64,000 nucleotides of DNA, taken from contig JAISQW010000005.1 of NCBI GenBank assembly GCA_031273925.1, positions 124,920 to 188,919 of the forward strand. The letters are read 5' to 3'. Below, one piece after another: positions 22,086 through 32,786 of the stretch. The notes below the pieces were generated by a model. It saw nothing but the letters and a program-made list of their open reading frames with translations, was not told the origin of the DNA and did not search any database. A program made the translations under genes and the position numbers. Each line of letters starts with the position of its first letter. The first letter of the stretch is position 1. The DNA comes from Endomicrobium sp. (GTDB lineage: Bacteria; Elusimicrobiota; Endomicrobiia; Endomicrobiales; Endomicrobiaceae).

Positions 22086-22782
22086 TGTAGAAAACAATAA
22101 ATCAATACCAACACATGTAGCTATTATAATGGATGGAAATGGTAGATGGGCAAAAAAAAGATCGTTGCCTAGAATTTTAGGGTATAAGCAAGGTATAAAA
22201 ACTGTAAAAAAAATTATTGAAGCTGCTAATAGTTTTGGTATCGAAATTTTGACTCTTTATACTTTTTCCACTGATAATTGGAAAAGACCTAGTACAGAAA
22301 TTAAGGTTTTATTAACGTTACTTCGAGAATTCATAAAAAAAGAATTAATAAAATTAAATAATTATAAAATTAAATTAAGAATATTAGGAGACTTATCTAA
22401 ATTTCCTAAAAGTGTAATAATTGATGTAGAAAATGCTTGTAAAACTACTTCTAAAAATACAGGGCTTAAACTCAATATAGCATTGAATTATGGTGGTAGA
22501 CAAGAACTTCTGCGTGCTTTCGAAAAAATGTTAGCTTATGGTATTAAAAAACCAACTGAAGAAATTGTATCGTCGTTTTTATACACTGCAGGGCAATCTG
22601 ATCCTGACTTGCTTATTCGTACATCTGGAGAATTAAGATTGTCTAATTTTTTTTTATGGCAAATTGCCTATTCTGAAATTTATGTAACTAGTAAATTATG
22701 GCCAGATTTTACAAAATGTGATTTTAAAAATGCAATAATAGATTTTCAGAAAAGAGAAAGGCGTTTCGGTGGAATTTTATAA
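22078..22782 (+). CDS. uppS: Undecaprenyl diphosphate synthase
   Basis: HVAIIMDGNGRWA, NYGGR and DLLIRTSGELRLSNF motifs. Confidence 0.96.
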   Translation: MNNVENNKSIPTHVAIIMDGNGRWAKKRSLPRILGYKQGIKTVKKIIEAANSFGIEILTLYTFSTDNWKRPSTEIKVLLTLLREFIKKELIKLNNYKIKLRILGDLSKFPKSVIIDVENACKTTSKNTGLKLNIALNYGGRQELLRAFEKMLAYGIKKPTEEIVSSFLYTAGQSDPDLLIRTSGELRLSNFFLWQIAYSEIYVTSKLWPDFTKCDFKNAIIDFQKRERRFGGIL

Positions 22783-22808
22783 GAATATAGAAAGGAAAAT
22801 ATAATATT

Positions 22809-23612
22809 ATGTTATCAACTAGGATATTAACAGCATCCATTGGGGTACCATTTATTTTAGCCATAGTATACTATGGTGGTTTTTTATTTTGTATTTTAAT
22901 GTCTATTGTATCATTTATTTGTGTTCAAGAATATTTAACAATTTTAAAAAAATATAATCCTCATACTATTGTTTCAATTGTGTTATCATTTGTGTTTTTT
23001 TTATTTTTGTGTTTTTTTAATTTTTTTTCTGTTGATAAAATTATCTTATCAGCTGTTGCAATGTTATTTATTTTATTTTTAATAGAAATTTTAAAAGGTA
23101 CACCTAAGTTTTGTATTGCAAGAATATCTATATCTTTTTTAGGTTCTTTCATAATTCCCCTTACGTTATCACATATAATATATATACGTAATTTACAAGA
23201 AGGAATGAAATTAGTATTTTTTCTTTTTATAGTGGTATGGTTTTTAGATACAGCAGCTTATATTTTTGGTACAATATTTGGTAAACATAAACTTACTGTT
23301 GTAAGTCCAAAAAAAACAATAGAAGGAGCAATTGCAGGAATTATTTTTGGGATATTGGCAGCATTTTTATGCAGACATATATTTATGAAAAAAATATTGA
23401 CATTATATCATTCATTAATGTTAGGACTAATTATTGCTATAGTAGGACAATTTTCAGATCTCGTAGAATCTATTATAAAAAGAGATGGAAACATAAAAGA
23501 TTCAGGAAAAATAATTCCAGGTCATGGTGGTGTATTTGACAGATTTGATTCTTATATTTTTCTTGCTCCATTTATGTATTATATTTTACGTAGTTTAGTA
23601 GATTATAAATAA
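22809..23612 (+). CDS. cdsA: Phosphatidate cytidylyltransferase
   Basis: Hydrophobic; SPKKTIEG and KDSGKIIPGHGGVFDRFDS motifs. Confidence 0.96.
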   Translation: MLSTRILTASIGVPFILAIVYYGGFLFCILMSIVSFICVQEYLTILKKYNPHTIVSIVLSFVFFLFLCFFNFFSVDKIILSAVAMLFILFLIEILKGTPKFCIARISISFLGSFIIPLTLSHIIYIRNLQEGMKLVFFLFIVVWFLDTAAYIFGTIFGKHKLTVVSPKKTIEGAIAGIIFGILAAFLCRHIFMKKILTLYHSLMLGLIIAIVGQFSDLVESIIKRDGNIKDSGKIIPGHGGVFDRFDSYIFLAPFMYYILRSLVDYK

Positions 23613-23706
23613 TTTTCATAATATAAGTACAAAATATACCAAAATATAATTTAATTCTTTTCGGATCTTTTTTATATAATAAAAATACAAGAGGTGAAGA
23701 AAAAAA

Positions 23707-24790
23707 ATGTTGCTTATTGGACAAAAAAAAAGAATAAAAGCATTAAGGAGATCTCTTTGATATCGATGCAAAACTAAATCGTATTAAAGAACTTAATATT
23801 AAAGTATTAGATCCTAATTTTTGGAATAATAAAAATAAAGCAAAACAAATTGCTTTGGAACTTTCCAATTTAGAAAATTTGTATAATATATGGAATAACA
23901 TGAATATACATGTTAACCATTTAACTGATTTAAAAAGAATAGCTACAAATGAAAATGACGAAAATCTTTTAAAGGAAATTAAATGTGCAAGCGAAGAACT
24001 TGAAAAAGAGTTAACGGTTTTTGAAACAAAAACAAAACTTATAGGACAATATGATAAAAAGAATGCAATTGTTTCAATACATGCTGGTGCCGGTGGGATA
24101 GAATCTTGTGATTGGGTAGGAATGTTAGCAAGAATGTATTTTAAATGGGCAGAAAAAAAAGGATTTGAGATTAATATTACTAATGATTTAAATAGTAATG
24201 ATGAAGCTGGATCAAAAAATGTAACTATTATAATAAAAGGAGAATATACATACGGTTTCTTGTGTTCAGAAATAGGAGTTCATAGACTAGTTAGATTTTC
24301 TCCTTTTGATTCTAACAGGCGACGACATACATCTTTTTGTTCAGTAGATGTTATACCGGAAATTGATGATACTATTAATATATTCATTGATGATAAAGAT
24401 ATACGAATAGATACTTATAGAGCATCGGGAGCTGGAGGACAACACGTTAATAAAACAGATTCTGCTGTTAGAATTACACATATTTCTACTGGATTAGTTG
24501 TACAATCACAAAATGATCGTTCTCAAATGAGAAATAAAATAGTAGCAATGAAACTTTTAAAATCGAAACTTTATGAATTAAAAAAGCGTCAACAGTTTAT
24601 GAGCTACAAAAAACATCATATTGAAAAGGGATTTATAAAATGGGGTAATCAAATACGTTCATATATTTTTGTCCCTTATCAACTTGTTAAAGATCATAGA
24701 ACAGGATATAAAGTATCACAAATTGCTTCAGTCATGGATGGCGAAATTGATGAATTTATAAATGCATATTTGTTATGGAAAATTAAATAA
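23707..24790 (+). CDS. prfB: Peptide chain release factor 2 with programmed +1 frameshift
   Basis: ATG 23707 gives MLLIGQKKRIKALRRSL then CTT-TGA (23755-23760); +1 frame continues DIDAKL...DPNFW into the ORF with SPF and GGQ motifs. Confidence 0.94.
23746..23761 (+). promoter_or_regulatory. prfB +1 ribosomal frameshift site
   Basis: AGGAGA-TCT-CTT-TGA-T: internal SD-like sequence, 3-nt spacer, slippery CTT TGA. Confidence 0.9.
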
Positions 24791-24840
24791 ACATTAGCAA
24801 TTTTATCATTTTTTTATACGGTAAAATAAAAGGTATTGAT

Positions 24841-25485
24841 GTGATAATAGTAAAAGAAGGATATCCAGCAGTTATAGTTTCATTTGTTATAGGTTTAATA
24901 TTGTTATACAGTACATTTTTTTTTGATGTGTTATTAATAAGTATATTGGGAATTTTGTGTATTTTTGTTTCTTTTTTTTGTTTGTATTTTTTTAGAGATC
25001 CAAAAATAAAAATAATAGGAAATTGTAATCTAATTCTTTCGCCATGTAGTGGAACTATTTTAGATATAACTGAAAATGAAAGTGAAAAAATTATAAGAGT
25101 TTTTCTATCAATTTTAGATGTGCATTTGCAACGTTCTCCAATATCTGGAAAAGTGATAAAAGTAGAACATAAATATGGAAAATTTTTAAAAGCTATGAAG
25201 CCACAAGCACATTTGTTAAATGAACAAAATATCATTGCGATAAAAAATAAAGATGGGGAATATATTATTAAACAAATAGCAGGAATTTTTGCAAGAAGAT
25301 GTATTTCATGGGTAAAATGTGGCGATATTCTAAATATGGGTGATAAAATAGGATTGATAAAATTTGGATCTCAAGTAGATTTACATATGCCAAAAAAAGT
25401 TAATGTTAAAGTAAAAGTAGGTGATAAAGTTGTATCTGGAGTAACGATTTTTGCAATTTTGCATGACAAGGTATTATTGCAATGA
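24841..25485 (+). CDS. psd: Phosphatidylserine decarboxylase proenzyme
   Basis: FFRDP, DVHLQRSPISG, QIAG and IKFGSQVD self-cleavage motif. Confidence 0.92.
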   Translation: MIIVKEGYPAVIVSFVIGLILLYSTFFFDVLLISILGILCIFVSFFCLYFFRDPKIKIIGNCNLILSPCSGTILDITENESEKIIRVFLSILDVHLQRSPISGKVIKVEHKYGKFLKAMKPQAHLLNEQNIIAIKNKDGEYIIKQIAGIFARRCISWVKCGDILNMGDKIGLIKFGSQVDLHMPKKVNVKVKVGDKVVSGVTIFAILHDKVLLQ

Positions 25486-26300
25486 AAAGCGAAAAATTAA
25501 AAAAAGGTGTTTATATAATACCTAGTCTTTTCACGTGTGCAAATATATCTTGTGGTTTTTTGTCGATTATATCATCTATAAATGGATATTTTACAAAAGC
25601 TGCATGGCTTGTTGTGTTTGCAATAATTTTCGACATTATAGATGGAAGGATAGCAAGATTTACAAAAACCACTAGTGAGTTTGGTATTCAGTTAGATTCA
25701 TTAAGTGATATGTTATCTTTTGGTGTTGCTCCATCAATTATAATGTATCAACTTGTTTTAAATTCTATGGGGAAACTTGGGATATCGGTTGCTGTATTTT
25801 TTGTTTTATGTAGTGCTTTAAGACTTGCAAAATTTAATACCGCAACATCTAAAAGAAGTCTCGTGATTAATGCTTCTTTTATGGGTTTGCCGACACCTGC
25901 TTCAGCAGGTTTTTTAATTTCTTTTGTATTAAGTTATGAATTATTTATTACCAATTCAGAACAACAATCTTTAACATTCAAAACAATTCCAATTTTAATG
26001 AAGAATATGCCAATTTTTTTTAGTTTAATGCCAATTATGATGGTTATTTTATCTTTATTGGAGGTTTCAAATATTCCATATCTTTCATTTAAAAAAGTGA
26101 AACTTTTTAAGCCAAAAATCTTTAGGTTTTTAGTCTTATTAGTTTCACTTATATTACTTATTATTGCTTTTCCACAAAATATAATTTTTATATTATTTGT
26201 TTTATATGTTTTTTCAGGAATATTTGGTATAGGTATGAAATACTATAGAATTATAAAAAAGAAAATTAATTTTAAATTTGGAGAAAACAATGGTGATTGA
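25482..26300 (+). CDS. pssA: CDP-diacylglycerol--serine O-phosphatidyltransferase
   Basis: DIIDGRIAR...SEFGIQLDSLSD, LRLAKFN and FMGLPTP motifs; next to psd. Confidence 0.92.
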   Translation: MKSEKLKKGVYIIPSLFTCANISCGFLSIISSINGYFTKAAWLVVFAIIFDIIDGRIARFTKTTSEFGIQLDSLSDMLSFGVAPSIIMYQLVLNSMGKLGISVAVFFVLCSALRLAKFNTATSKRSLVINASFMGLPTPASAGFLISFVLSYELFITNSEQQSLTFKTIPILMKNMPIFFSLMPIMMVILSLLEVSNIPYLSFKKVKLFKPKIFRFLVLLVSLILLIIAFPQNIIFILFVLYVFSGIFGIGMKYYRIIKKKINFKFGENNGD

Positions 26301-26802
26301 ACAAACTTTAGTCTTAATTAAGCCTGATGGAATTAAAAAATCGTTAACCGGTAATATTCTAACAAAATTATCAAATTCAAAAATGACTATTGTAGGATCT
26401 AAATTAGTTAAAGTTTATAAAGATCTAGCAGAAAAACATTATTATCATCTAAAAAATACCTTTTTTTTTAGTAATCTAATAGATTATATTCAAGGTAAAA
26501 TTTATGGTGATCATTGGAATAGAGTATTAGCCTTTGTATATCAAGGTGATAATGCAATTGCCAAAATTAGAAAAATTGCTGGAGCAACAAATCCAGAAGA
26601 AGCAGATTCGGATTCAATCAGAGGATCGTATGGTAGAATAACAACTAAAGGAATATATGAAAATGTTGTTCATTGTTCTTCTGATTCATTAGAGTCTGAG
26701 AGAGAGATTAAATTATGGTTTAATCCTACAGAAATATATAACTTAATATATGCTACAAAAGAAGTTTTATTAAAAATGGAAAAAAAAATAGTTTGGAAAT
26801 AA
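26290..26802 (+). CDS. ndk: Nucleoside diphosphate kinase
   Basis: TLVLIKPDG, GATNP, SIRG and NVVHCSS motifs. Confidence 0.93.
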   Translation: MVIEQTLVLIKPDGIKKSLTGNILTKLSNSKMTIVGSKLVKVYKDLAEKHYYHLKNTFFFSNLIDYIQGKIYGDHWNRVLAFVYQGDNAIAKIRKIAGATNPEEADSDSIRGSYGRITTKGIYENVVHCSSDSLESEREIKLWFNPTEIYNLIYATKEVLLKMEKKIVWK

Positions 26803-26818
26803 TTAGGAGCATAAAGAA

Positions 26819-28582
26819 ATGGTAACACCTTTAAATTTGTTTATAAAAGAAATGAAAGAACTTTTTCAATGTTCTGAAGTTTATATAATGAACGGGACAC
26901 AAAAGGAAGCAGAAAAATTAATAACTATAGCACAAAATTCTAAATTTGATGATAGAGTTATTTTGAAAAAATTGAACGTCAAAGAATATCCAAATTCATA
27001 TTATCATCGTTCAAATCCAAATGATGTTTCTCGTACTGAGGATTTAACTTTTGTTTGTACAAATCTAAAGGAACAAGCTGGTCCAAATAACAATTGGATA
27101 AAACCAAAAATAGCCAAAATAAAGATGTTAAAACTTTTTAAAAATGCTATGAAAAATAAAATAATGTATGTTATTCCTTTTATTATGGGAATACCAGATT
27201 CTAAATATGAAAAAAATTGCGTTCAAGTAACGGATTCAGTTTATGTTGCTTTAAGCATGAGGATCATGACTAGAGTTGGAGATCAAGCTATTTCAAAAAT
27301 TAATAATAATTCTGAGTTTTTTAAAGGCATTCATTCAATAGGTGATTTAAATCCAAAAAAAAGATTTATTATGCATTTCCCAGAAGAAAATCTTGTTATG
27401 AGTTTTGGCTCTGGATATGGAGGTAATGCATTACTTGGTAAAAAATGTTATTCTCTGAGAATTTGTTCGTATTTAGGTTACAAAGAGGGATGGTTTGCTG
27501 AACATATGATCATTATAGGAGTTCAAATACCTAATGGAAAGATTATTTATCTTCTTGCTGCTTTTCCTTCTGCTTGTGGAAAAACAAATCTTGCTCTTTT
27601 AGAATCTATTTTTAAGGAATATAAAATTTGGACATTAGGAGATGATATAGCTTGGATTAATATTAATGAAGATGGACAACTTTATGCTGCCAATCCTGAA
27701 ACTGGATTTTTTGGAGTTGCTCCTGGAACAAGTTTTAAAACAAATCCTGTTATGATGAAAACACTTAAGAATAATAAATTTTTCCCAACGTTATTTACTA
27801 ATACAGCTATTTACAATGATATTCCTTGGTGGGAAGGTGTTTCAGATAATATTCCATCTAATTTAATAAATTGGTATGGCAAAAAATATTGTAAAGATAC
27901 TGATGGACCTGCTGCACATCCAAATTCGAGATTTACAGTTTCTATTTATAATTGTCCAACACTTTCTCCTGAATATTATAACCCTAATGGAGTTCCTATA
28001 TCTGGAATTATTTTTGGAAGTCGTAGAAGTAATACTATACCTCTTATTTGCGAAGCAAAAAATTGGACAAATGGAGTATTTATGGCATCAGTAATGGGGT
28101 CAGAAACGACAACTGCATCAAATGGAAGTATTGGAAATATTAGACGTGATCCAATGGCCATGCTTCCATTTTGTGGATATAATTTAGGAGATTATTTTCA
28201 ACATTGGTTAAATGTAAGTAAAAGAACAAAAAAACTACCAAAAATATTTATAGCAAATTGGTTTAGAAAAGATAAAAATAATAAATTTATATGGCCTGGA
28301 TTTAGAGATAATTCAAGGGTAATAAAGTGGATAATAGATAGAATTAACAAAAAGATTGATGCTAATGAGAGTGAAATTGGTTTTTTACCAAAACGTGGAA
28401 CAATAGATTTAAATGGTTTAAATATTGATAATGAAAAAATAGAATTATTATTTAAGCTTGATAAAAAAGAGTGGATAATAGAAATAGCAATGATAGAAAA
28501 ATTCTATTCTAAATTTGGAGATAAAATACCAAAAGAATTAAAAAATTGTTTAAAAGAACTAAAACGAAAATTTAAAATATAA
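26819..28582 (+). CDS. pckG: Phosphoenolpyruvate carboxykinase (GTP)
   Basis: GSGYGGNALLGKKC, AFPSACGKTN, GDDIAW, AAHPNSRF and DPMAMLPFCGY motifs. Confidence 0.96.
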   Translation: MVTPLNLFIKEMKELFQCSEVYIMNGTQKEAEKLITIAQNSKFDDRVILKKLNVKEYPNSYYHRSNPNDVSRTEDLTFVCTNLKEQAGPNNNWIKPKIAKIKMLKLFKNAMKNKIMYVIPFIMGIPDSKYEKNCVQVTDSVYVALSMRIMTRVGDQAISKINNNSEFFKGIHSIGDLNPKKRFIMHFPEENLVMSFGSGYGGNALLGKKCYSLRICSYLGYKEGWFAEHMIIIGVQIPNGKIIYLLAAFPSACGKTNLALLESIFKEYKIWTLGDDIAWININEDGQLYAANPETGFFGVAPGTSFKTNPVMMKTLKNNKFFPTLFTNTAIYNDIPWWEGVSDNIPSNLINWYGKKYCKDTDGPAAHPNSRFTVSIYNCPTLSPEYYNPNGVPISGIIFGSRRSNTIPLICEAKNWTNGVFMASVMGSETTTASNGSIGNIRRDPMAMLPFCGYNLGDYFQHWLNVSKRTKKLPKIFIANWFRKDKNNKFIWPGFRDNSRVIKWIIDRINKKIDANESEIGFLPKRGTIDLNGLNIDNEKIELLFKLDKKEWIIEIAMIEKFYSKFGDKIPKELKNCLKELKRKFKI

Positions 28583-28698
28583 ATTTTGTATGTTTGTTAG
28601 TAAATTATTTTTGTATTTTTTTTAAAAAATCATTAATGTAAGTTTTTTTGAATGGGTAAAATATTTGTAATTGTATATTTTAAATTAAAAGGTGTTTT

Positions 28699-30471
28699 AT
28701 GAAGAGAAATGCTTATTGCGGTTGTATAAATGAAAATGATATAAACAAAAAGCATGTGACAGTATGTGGATGGGTGCATTCACATAGAGATCATGGAGGA
28801 ATTATTTTTATTGATTTGAGAGATAAATCTGGACTTTTGCAAATTGTCTTTCGCTTAAATAATAAGAATTTAAAACTTTTTAAAATGGCAAAAGATTTAA
28901 AAGATGAATATGTGATTTGTGTTAAAGGTTTAGTTCAAAAAAGATCAGAAGATACTATAAATCTTAATATGTTTACTGGTAAAGTAGAACTTATAGCAGA
29001 AGATCTTAAAATTTTTAATAAATGTGCTAAACTTCCTTTTGAAATTTCAATACAATCAGAAATTTCAGAAGAATTAAGGTTAAAATATAGATATTTAGAT
29101 TTACGTCGTCCAAGTTTTCAAAAAAATTTCATCATCAGGCATAAAATTGCAAATGAAGTAAGAAATTTTTTAAATGAGGAAGGTTTTTTAGATATAGATA
29201 CGCCTCTTTTAACTAAATCTACACCTGAAGGTGCTAGAGATTTTTTAGTACCATCTAGACTACATCATGGTAGTTTTTTTGCTTTACCACAATCTCCACA
29301 GCTTTTCAAGCAAATTTTAATGATTTCTGGATTTGATAAATATTATCAATTTGCAAAATGTTTTAGAGATGAAGATTTACGTACTGACAGACAATTGGAA
29401 TTTACGCAAATTGATATTGAAATGTCATTTGTAGAGGAAGACGAAATAATGAATATCACTGAGCGTATGCTTTCAAGAATTTTTAAAGTAATTTTGAATT
29501 TAGATATAATAATTCCATTTAAAAGAATATCTTATGATGATGCAATATTATTATATGGTTCTGATAAACCTGATACTAGATTTGGCATGGAAATAAAGGA
29601 TTTTTCACAAGAATTTAAAAACAGTAACTTTAGAATATTTTCATCAGTAATTTCTAATGGTGGTATTGTAAGAGGATTGTGTGTTCCGGAAGAAAATAAT
29701 TATTTTTCACGATCAAAAATTGAAGATCTTACAAAATTTGTTTGTAGCTGTGGAGCTAAAGGTTTATTACATATGCGAATATCTAATTTTGGCATAGAAT
29801 CTAATGTAATAAAAAAATATTTAAAAAAAGAAGAGTTAAACATAATTAAGTCAAAATTTAATGCTAAACCAGGTGATTTGATTATCTTTATTATGGATAA
29901 AGATAAAGAAATAGTTATTGAAGTATTAGCTAAATTAAGATTGAGGATTGGTAAGGAACTAAAATTTATAGATAAAAATAAATATAGTTTTTTGTGGGTT
30001 GTTGATTCACCTCTTGTTAAGTGGGACACTGGAGAACAAAAATGGAAAGCGTTACATCATCCTTTTACATCACCAAAGAATGATAATATTTTTAACAATG
30101 CTAATATTTCTACAATGAAGTCTAGAGCCTATGATATTATTTTAAATGGCATAGAATTAGGTGGTGGATCGATAAGAATACACGAAACTGATATTCAAAA
30201 AAAAATATTTGAAATTTTAAATATTTCTGATAAAATTGTAAAAGAAAAATTTGGATTTTTATTAGATGCTCTAAATTATGGAGCTCCTCCTCATGGAGGT
30301 ATAGCATTGGGTTTTGATAGAATTTGTTCACTAATTGTTGGTGAGAGATCAATAAGAGAAGTAATTGCTTTTCCTAAAACACAAAAAACATTAGATCTTT
30401 TATCAGGTGCTCCTAGTATTATAGAAGATGAACAATTAAAAGATTTGGGATTACATGTAGCAAAAAAATAA
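28699..30471 (+). CDS. aspS: Aspartyl-tRNA synthetase
   Basis: RDHGG, STPEGARDF, LPQSPQLFKQ, CFRDED and PPHGGIALGFDR motifs. Confidence 0.98.
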   Translation: MKRNAYCGCINENDINKKHVTVCGWVHSHRDHGGIIFIDLRDKSGLLQIVFRLNNKNLKLFKMAKDLKDEYVICVKGLVQKRSEDTINLNMFTGKVELIAEDLKIFNKCAKLPFEISIQSEISEELRLKYRYLDLRRPSFQKNFIIRHKIANEVRNFLNEEGFLDIDTPLLTKSTPEGARDFLVPSRLHHGSFFALPQSPQLFKQILMISGFDKYYQFAKCFRDEDLRTDRQLEFTQIDIEMSFVEEDEIMNITERMLSRIFKVILNLDIIIPFKRISYDDAILLYGSDKPDTRFGMEIKDFSQEFKNSNFRIFSSVISNGGIVRGLCVPEENNYFSRSKIEDLTKFVCSCGAKGLLHMRISNFGIESNVIKKYLKKEELNIIKSKFNAKPGDLIIFIMDKDKEIVIEVLAKLRLRIGKELKFIDKNKYSFLWVVDSPLVKWDTGEQKWKALHHPFTSPKNDNIFNNANISTMKSRAYDIILNGIELGGGSIRIHETDIQKKIFEILNISDKIVKEKFGFLLDALNYGAPPHGGIALGFDRICSLIVGERSIREVIAFPKTQKTLDLLSGAPSIIEDEQLKDLGLHVAKK

Positions 30472-30506
30472 TTTTAAATATTGAAATATAACTATCAAAA
30501 TTTATT

Positions 30507-30965
30507 ATGGAAAAATTAAACATAAATAATTTTATAAATTTTATTAATTTTCCAAAAAAATATATAAAATTGTTCAAAAAAGCTGCTTTCATGACACTAT
30601 CATCTGAAAATGTAAAAAAATATCGATTAAATTTTATAATAATGAAAGATGAAGAAATAAAAAAACTCAATGAAATATATAGAAAATCAAAATATACAAC
30701 TGATATTCTTTCTTTTTTGATGATACCGAAACTTTTCATAGGTGATATTTATATATCTAAAAATATAACACAAAAACAAGCAAAAATATATAATAATACA
30801 TGGGAACAGGAACTTACGTATCTTATTATTCATGGGATATTACATATTTTCGGGTATACAGATTATGATAACATCAGTAAAATAAAAATGTTTAATAAGC
30901 AAGATGAAATTTTTAAGCGTTTATTTAAAATAAAATTCAAAAATTTTAAGACGATTAAATCATAA
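30507..30965 (+). CDS. ybeY: rRNA maturation endoribonuclease YbeY
   Basis: LNEIYR, TDILSF, GDIYIS and HGILHIFGY motifs. Confidence 0.88.
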   Translation: MEKLNINNFINFINFPKKYIKLFKKAAFMTLSSENVKKYRLNFIIMKDEEIKKLNEIYRKSKYTTDILSFLMIPKLFIGDIYISKNITQKQAKIYNNTWEQELTYLIIHGILHIFGYTDYDNISKIKMFNKQDEIFKRLFKIKFKNFKTIKS

Positions 30966-31000
30966 ATATATTTAACAATTTTGTAATAAATGTTTATAAA

Positions 31001-31651
31001 ATGAATAAAAAAATTATAAAAGGAATTGTTTTAAAATCTGAAACACGAGGTGAATATAACAAACTTATAACAATTTATTCATACGAATTTGGTAAAATGC
31101 AAACTTTTGTGTCAAGTGCAAAAAAAATTGTAGCAAAACTTTCATATGCTACTGAACCATTAACTGAAAGTGAATTTTTCATTTGTATTAATAATGCTTA
31201 TATAAAATCAAAAATTATAGGTGCTAATATTATTAATAATAATACTAAATTAAAAATAAATTTTATAAGAAATTTATACGCTTTATATGTAGTGCAATTA
31301 ATTGACAACTTTTTATTTTTTAATTATGCAAACGCAAAAAAATACATTTTAATATCACGAATTTTTGAAATATTATGTATTTGCAAATATCCAAAACGTG
31401 TACTGGTTGCCTTTATTTTGCGTTTTCTAAAACTTTCTGGATATAATTTTTTAGAATATCTAAAAAATAATAAAAATAACGACATTTTAAATATTGAGCA
31501 TATCATAAAAACGCTTTCAAACTGCTCTGCGAACGAAGCAGACATGTTTAAAGAAGCTGAAGATATTAAAGTTTGGGATTGTGTTGAAAACTATCTTAAG
31601 AAATATACACGATGTTCATCATTAAATAAATTTTTAAAAAAGTTTATTTGA
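31001..31651 (+). CDS. recO: DNA repair protein RecO (divergent)
   Basis: N-terminal GIVLK..RGEYNKLITIYSYEFGK...AKK OB-fold pattern; ybeY-recO neighbourhood. Confidence 0.75.
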   Translation: MNKKIIKGIVLKSETRGEYNKLITIYSYEFGKMQTFVSSAKKIVAKLSYATEPLTESEFFICINNAYIKSKIIGANIINNNTKLKINFIRNLYALYVVQLIDNFLFFNYANAKKYILISRIFEILCICKYPKRVLVAFILRFLKLSGYNFLEYLKNNKNNDILNIEHIIKTLSNCSANEADMFKEAEDIKVWDCVENYLKKYTRCSSLNKFLKKFI

Positions 31652-31673
31652 AATATAAATTACAGTTAACATT

Positions 31674-32753
31674 TTACTTTTTGATAATGCCTCCTCCTAA
31701 AACAACATTGTCATCATAAAACACTACACTTTGCCCAGCAGTAATGGACATTTGTGGTTCATCAAATTTTATTTTAACTTCAGTATTATTTAACGGAGTA
31801 ATAGTGGCCATCGCACATTTATGTTGTTGTCGTATTTTTATATTAGCTTTAATAATAGATTGTTTATGAATTGTACAAAAACTTGCCCATATCACTTTAT
31901 CAGCTATAAGGTATGAAGAATATAAATCTTCTTTTGTACCAACTACTATAGCATTTTGTTTAGTCATAATATTTATAACATATAATGGTTTTGCTGTACC
32001 TCCTGATAATCCAAGTTTTTTACGTTTTCCTATAGTATAATTCCAAATACCTTTATGTTTACCTAAAATTTTACCTGTTTTATCAATAATATTTCCAGGA
32101 TTTGATGAAAATTTTAAAATATTGTTATAATCATCAGCATAAAAATCTTGACTATCACGTTGATTTATAATAGGGAGTCCAATATCTTTTGCAATATCTT
32201 TAACTTGTTTTTTTGTATATCTACCAAGTGGAAAAACTGTTTTTGATAATGTGTTTTGTGTAAGTCTATACAAAAAATATGTTTGATCTTTTTTTTTATC
32301 AATGGCTTTCAATAATTGGTATGCGTTCAAAGAATTACTAAATTTTATATTAGCATAATGTCCAGTAGCAAATTTGTCAAAAGATATCCCTTGTTTTTTT
32401 GCTTTAGCTAATAAAGTTCCAAACTTGATATATGTATTACACCAAATACAAGGATTTGGTGTGCGACCATTTTTATATTCATTTTTAAAATTTTCTATAA
32501 CGATTTTTTTATATTCTTCTTTACAATTCAATATATGTAATGGTATTTTAAGAAATTTTCCTATTTTATGTAAATTCAATATTTCATTTTCTTCTGGACC
32601 AAAACATGTACTATAGCGTTTATTTTTAGGCTCAACAAATGACTTATCCCATATAGACATCATTGCCCCAATTACTTCATGTCCTTGCTTTTTTAATAAA
32701 TAAGCGACAATTGCAGAATCAATACCACCACTTAAACCTACCAATATTTTCAT
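31674..32753 (-). CDS. mnmA: tRNA-specific 2-thiouridylase
   Basis: GLSGGIDS, TPNPCIWCN, ATGHY, KDQTYFL and GQSVVFY motifs; start chosen at ATG 32753. Confidence 0.96.
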   Translation of the reverse strand: MKILVGLSGGIDSAIVAYLLKKQGHEVIGAMMSIWDKSFVEPKNKRYSTCFGPEENEILNLHKIGKFLKIPLHILNCKEEYKKIVIENFKNEYKNGRTPNPCIWCNTYIKFGTLLAKAKKQGISFDKFATGHYANIKFSNSLNAYQLLKAIDKKKDQTYFLYRLTQNTLSKTVFPLGRYTKKQVKDIAKDIGLPIINQRDSQDFYADDYNNILKFSSNPGNIIDKTGKILGKHKGIWNYTIGKRKKLGLSGGTAKPLYVINIMTKQNAIVVGTKEDLYSSYLIADKVIWASFCTIHKQSIIKANIKIRQQHKCAMATITPLNNTEVKIKFDEPQMSITAGQSVVFYDDNVVLGGGIIKK

Positions 32754-32786
32754 TATTTCTCCTCTTTCATAAAAAATAAATTTCAT

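Noticed and set aside
21875-22114. Minus-strand 79-aa ORF with repeated HxPHPIH
   Set aside because: It is the antisense shadow of the two Cys motifs of the real plus-strand ferredoxin.
30830-30870. YbeY third metal ligand is Asp (HGILHIFGYTD) rather than His
   Set aside because: Asp at this position occurs in YbeY of other phyla; not evidence of inactivation.
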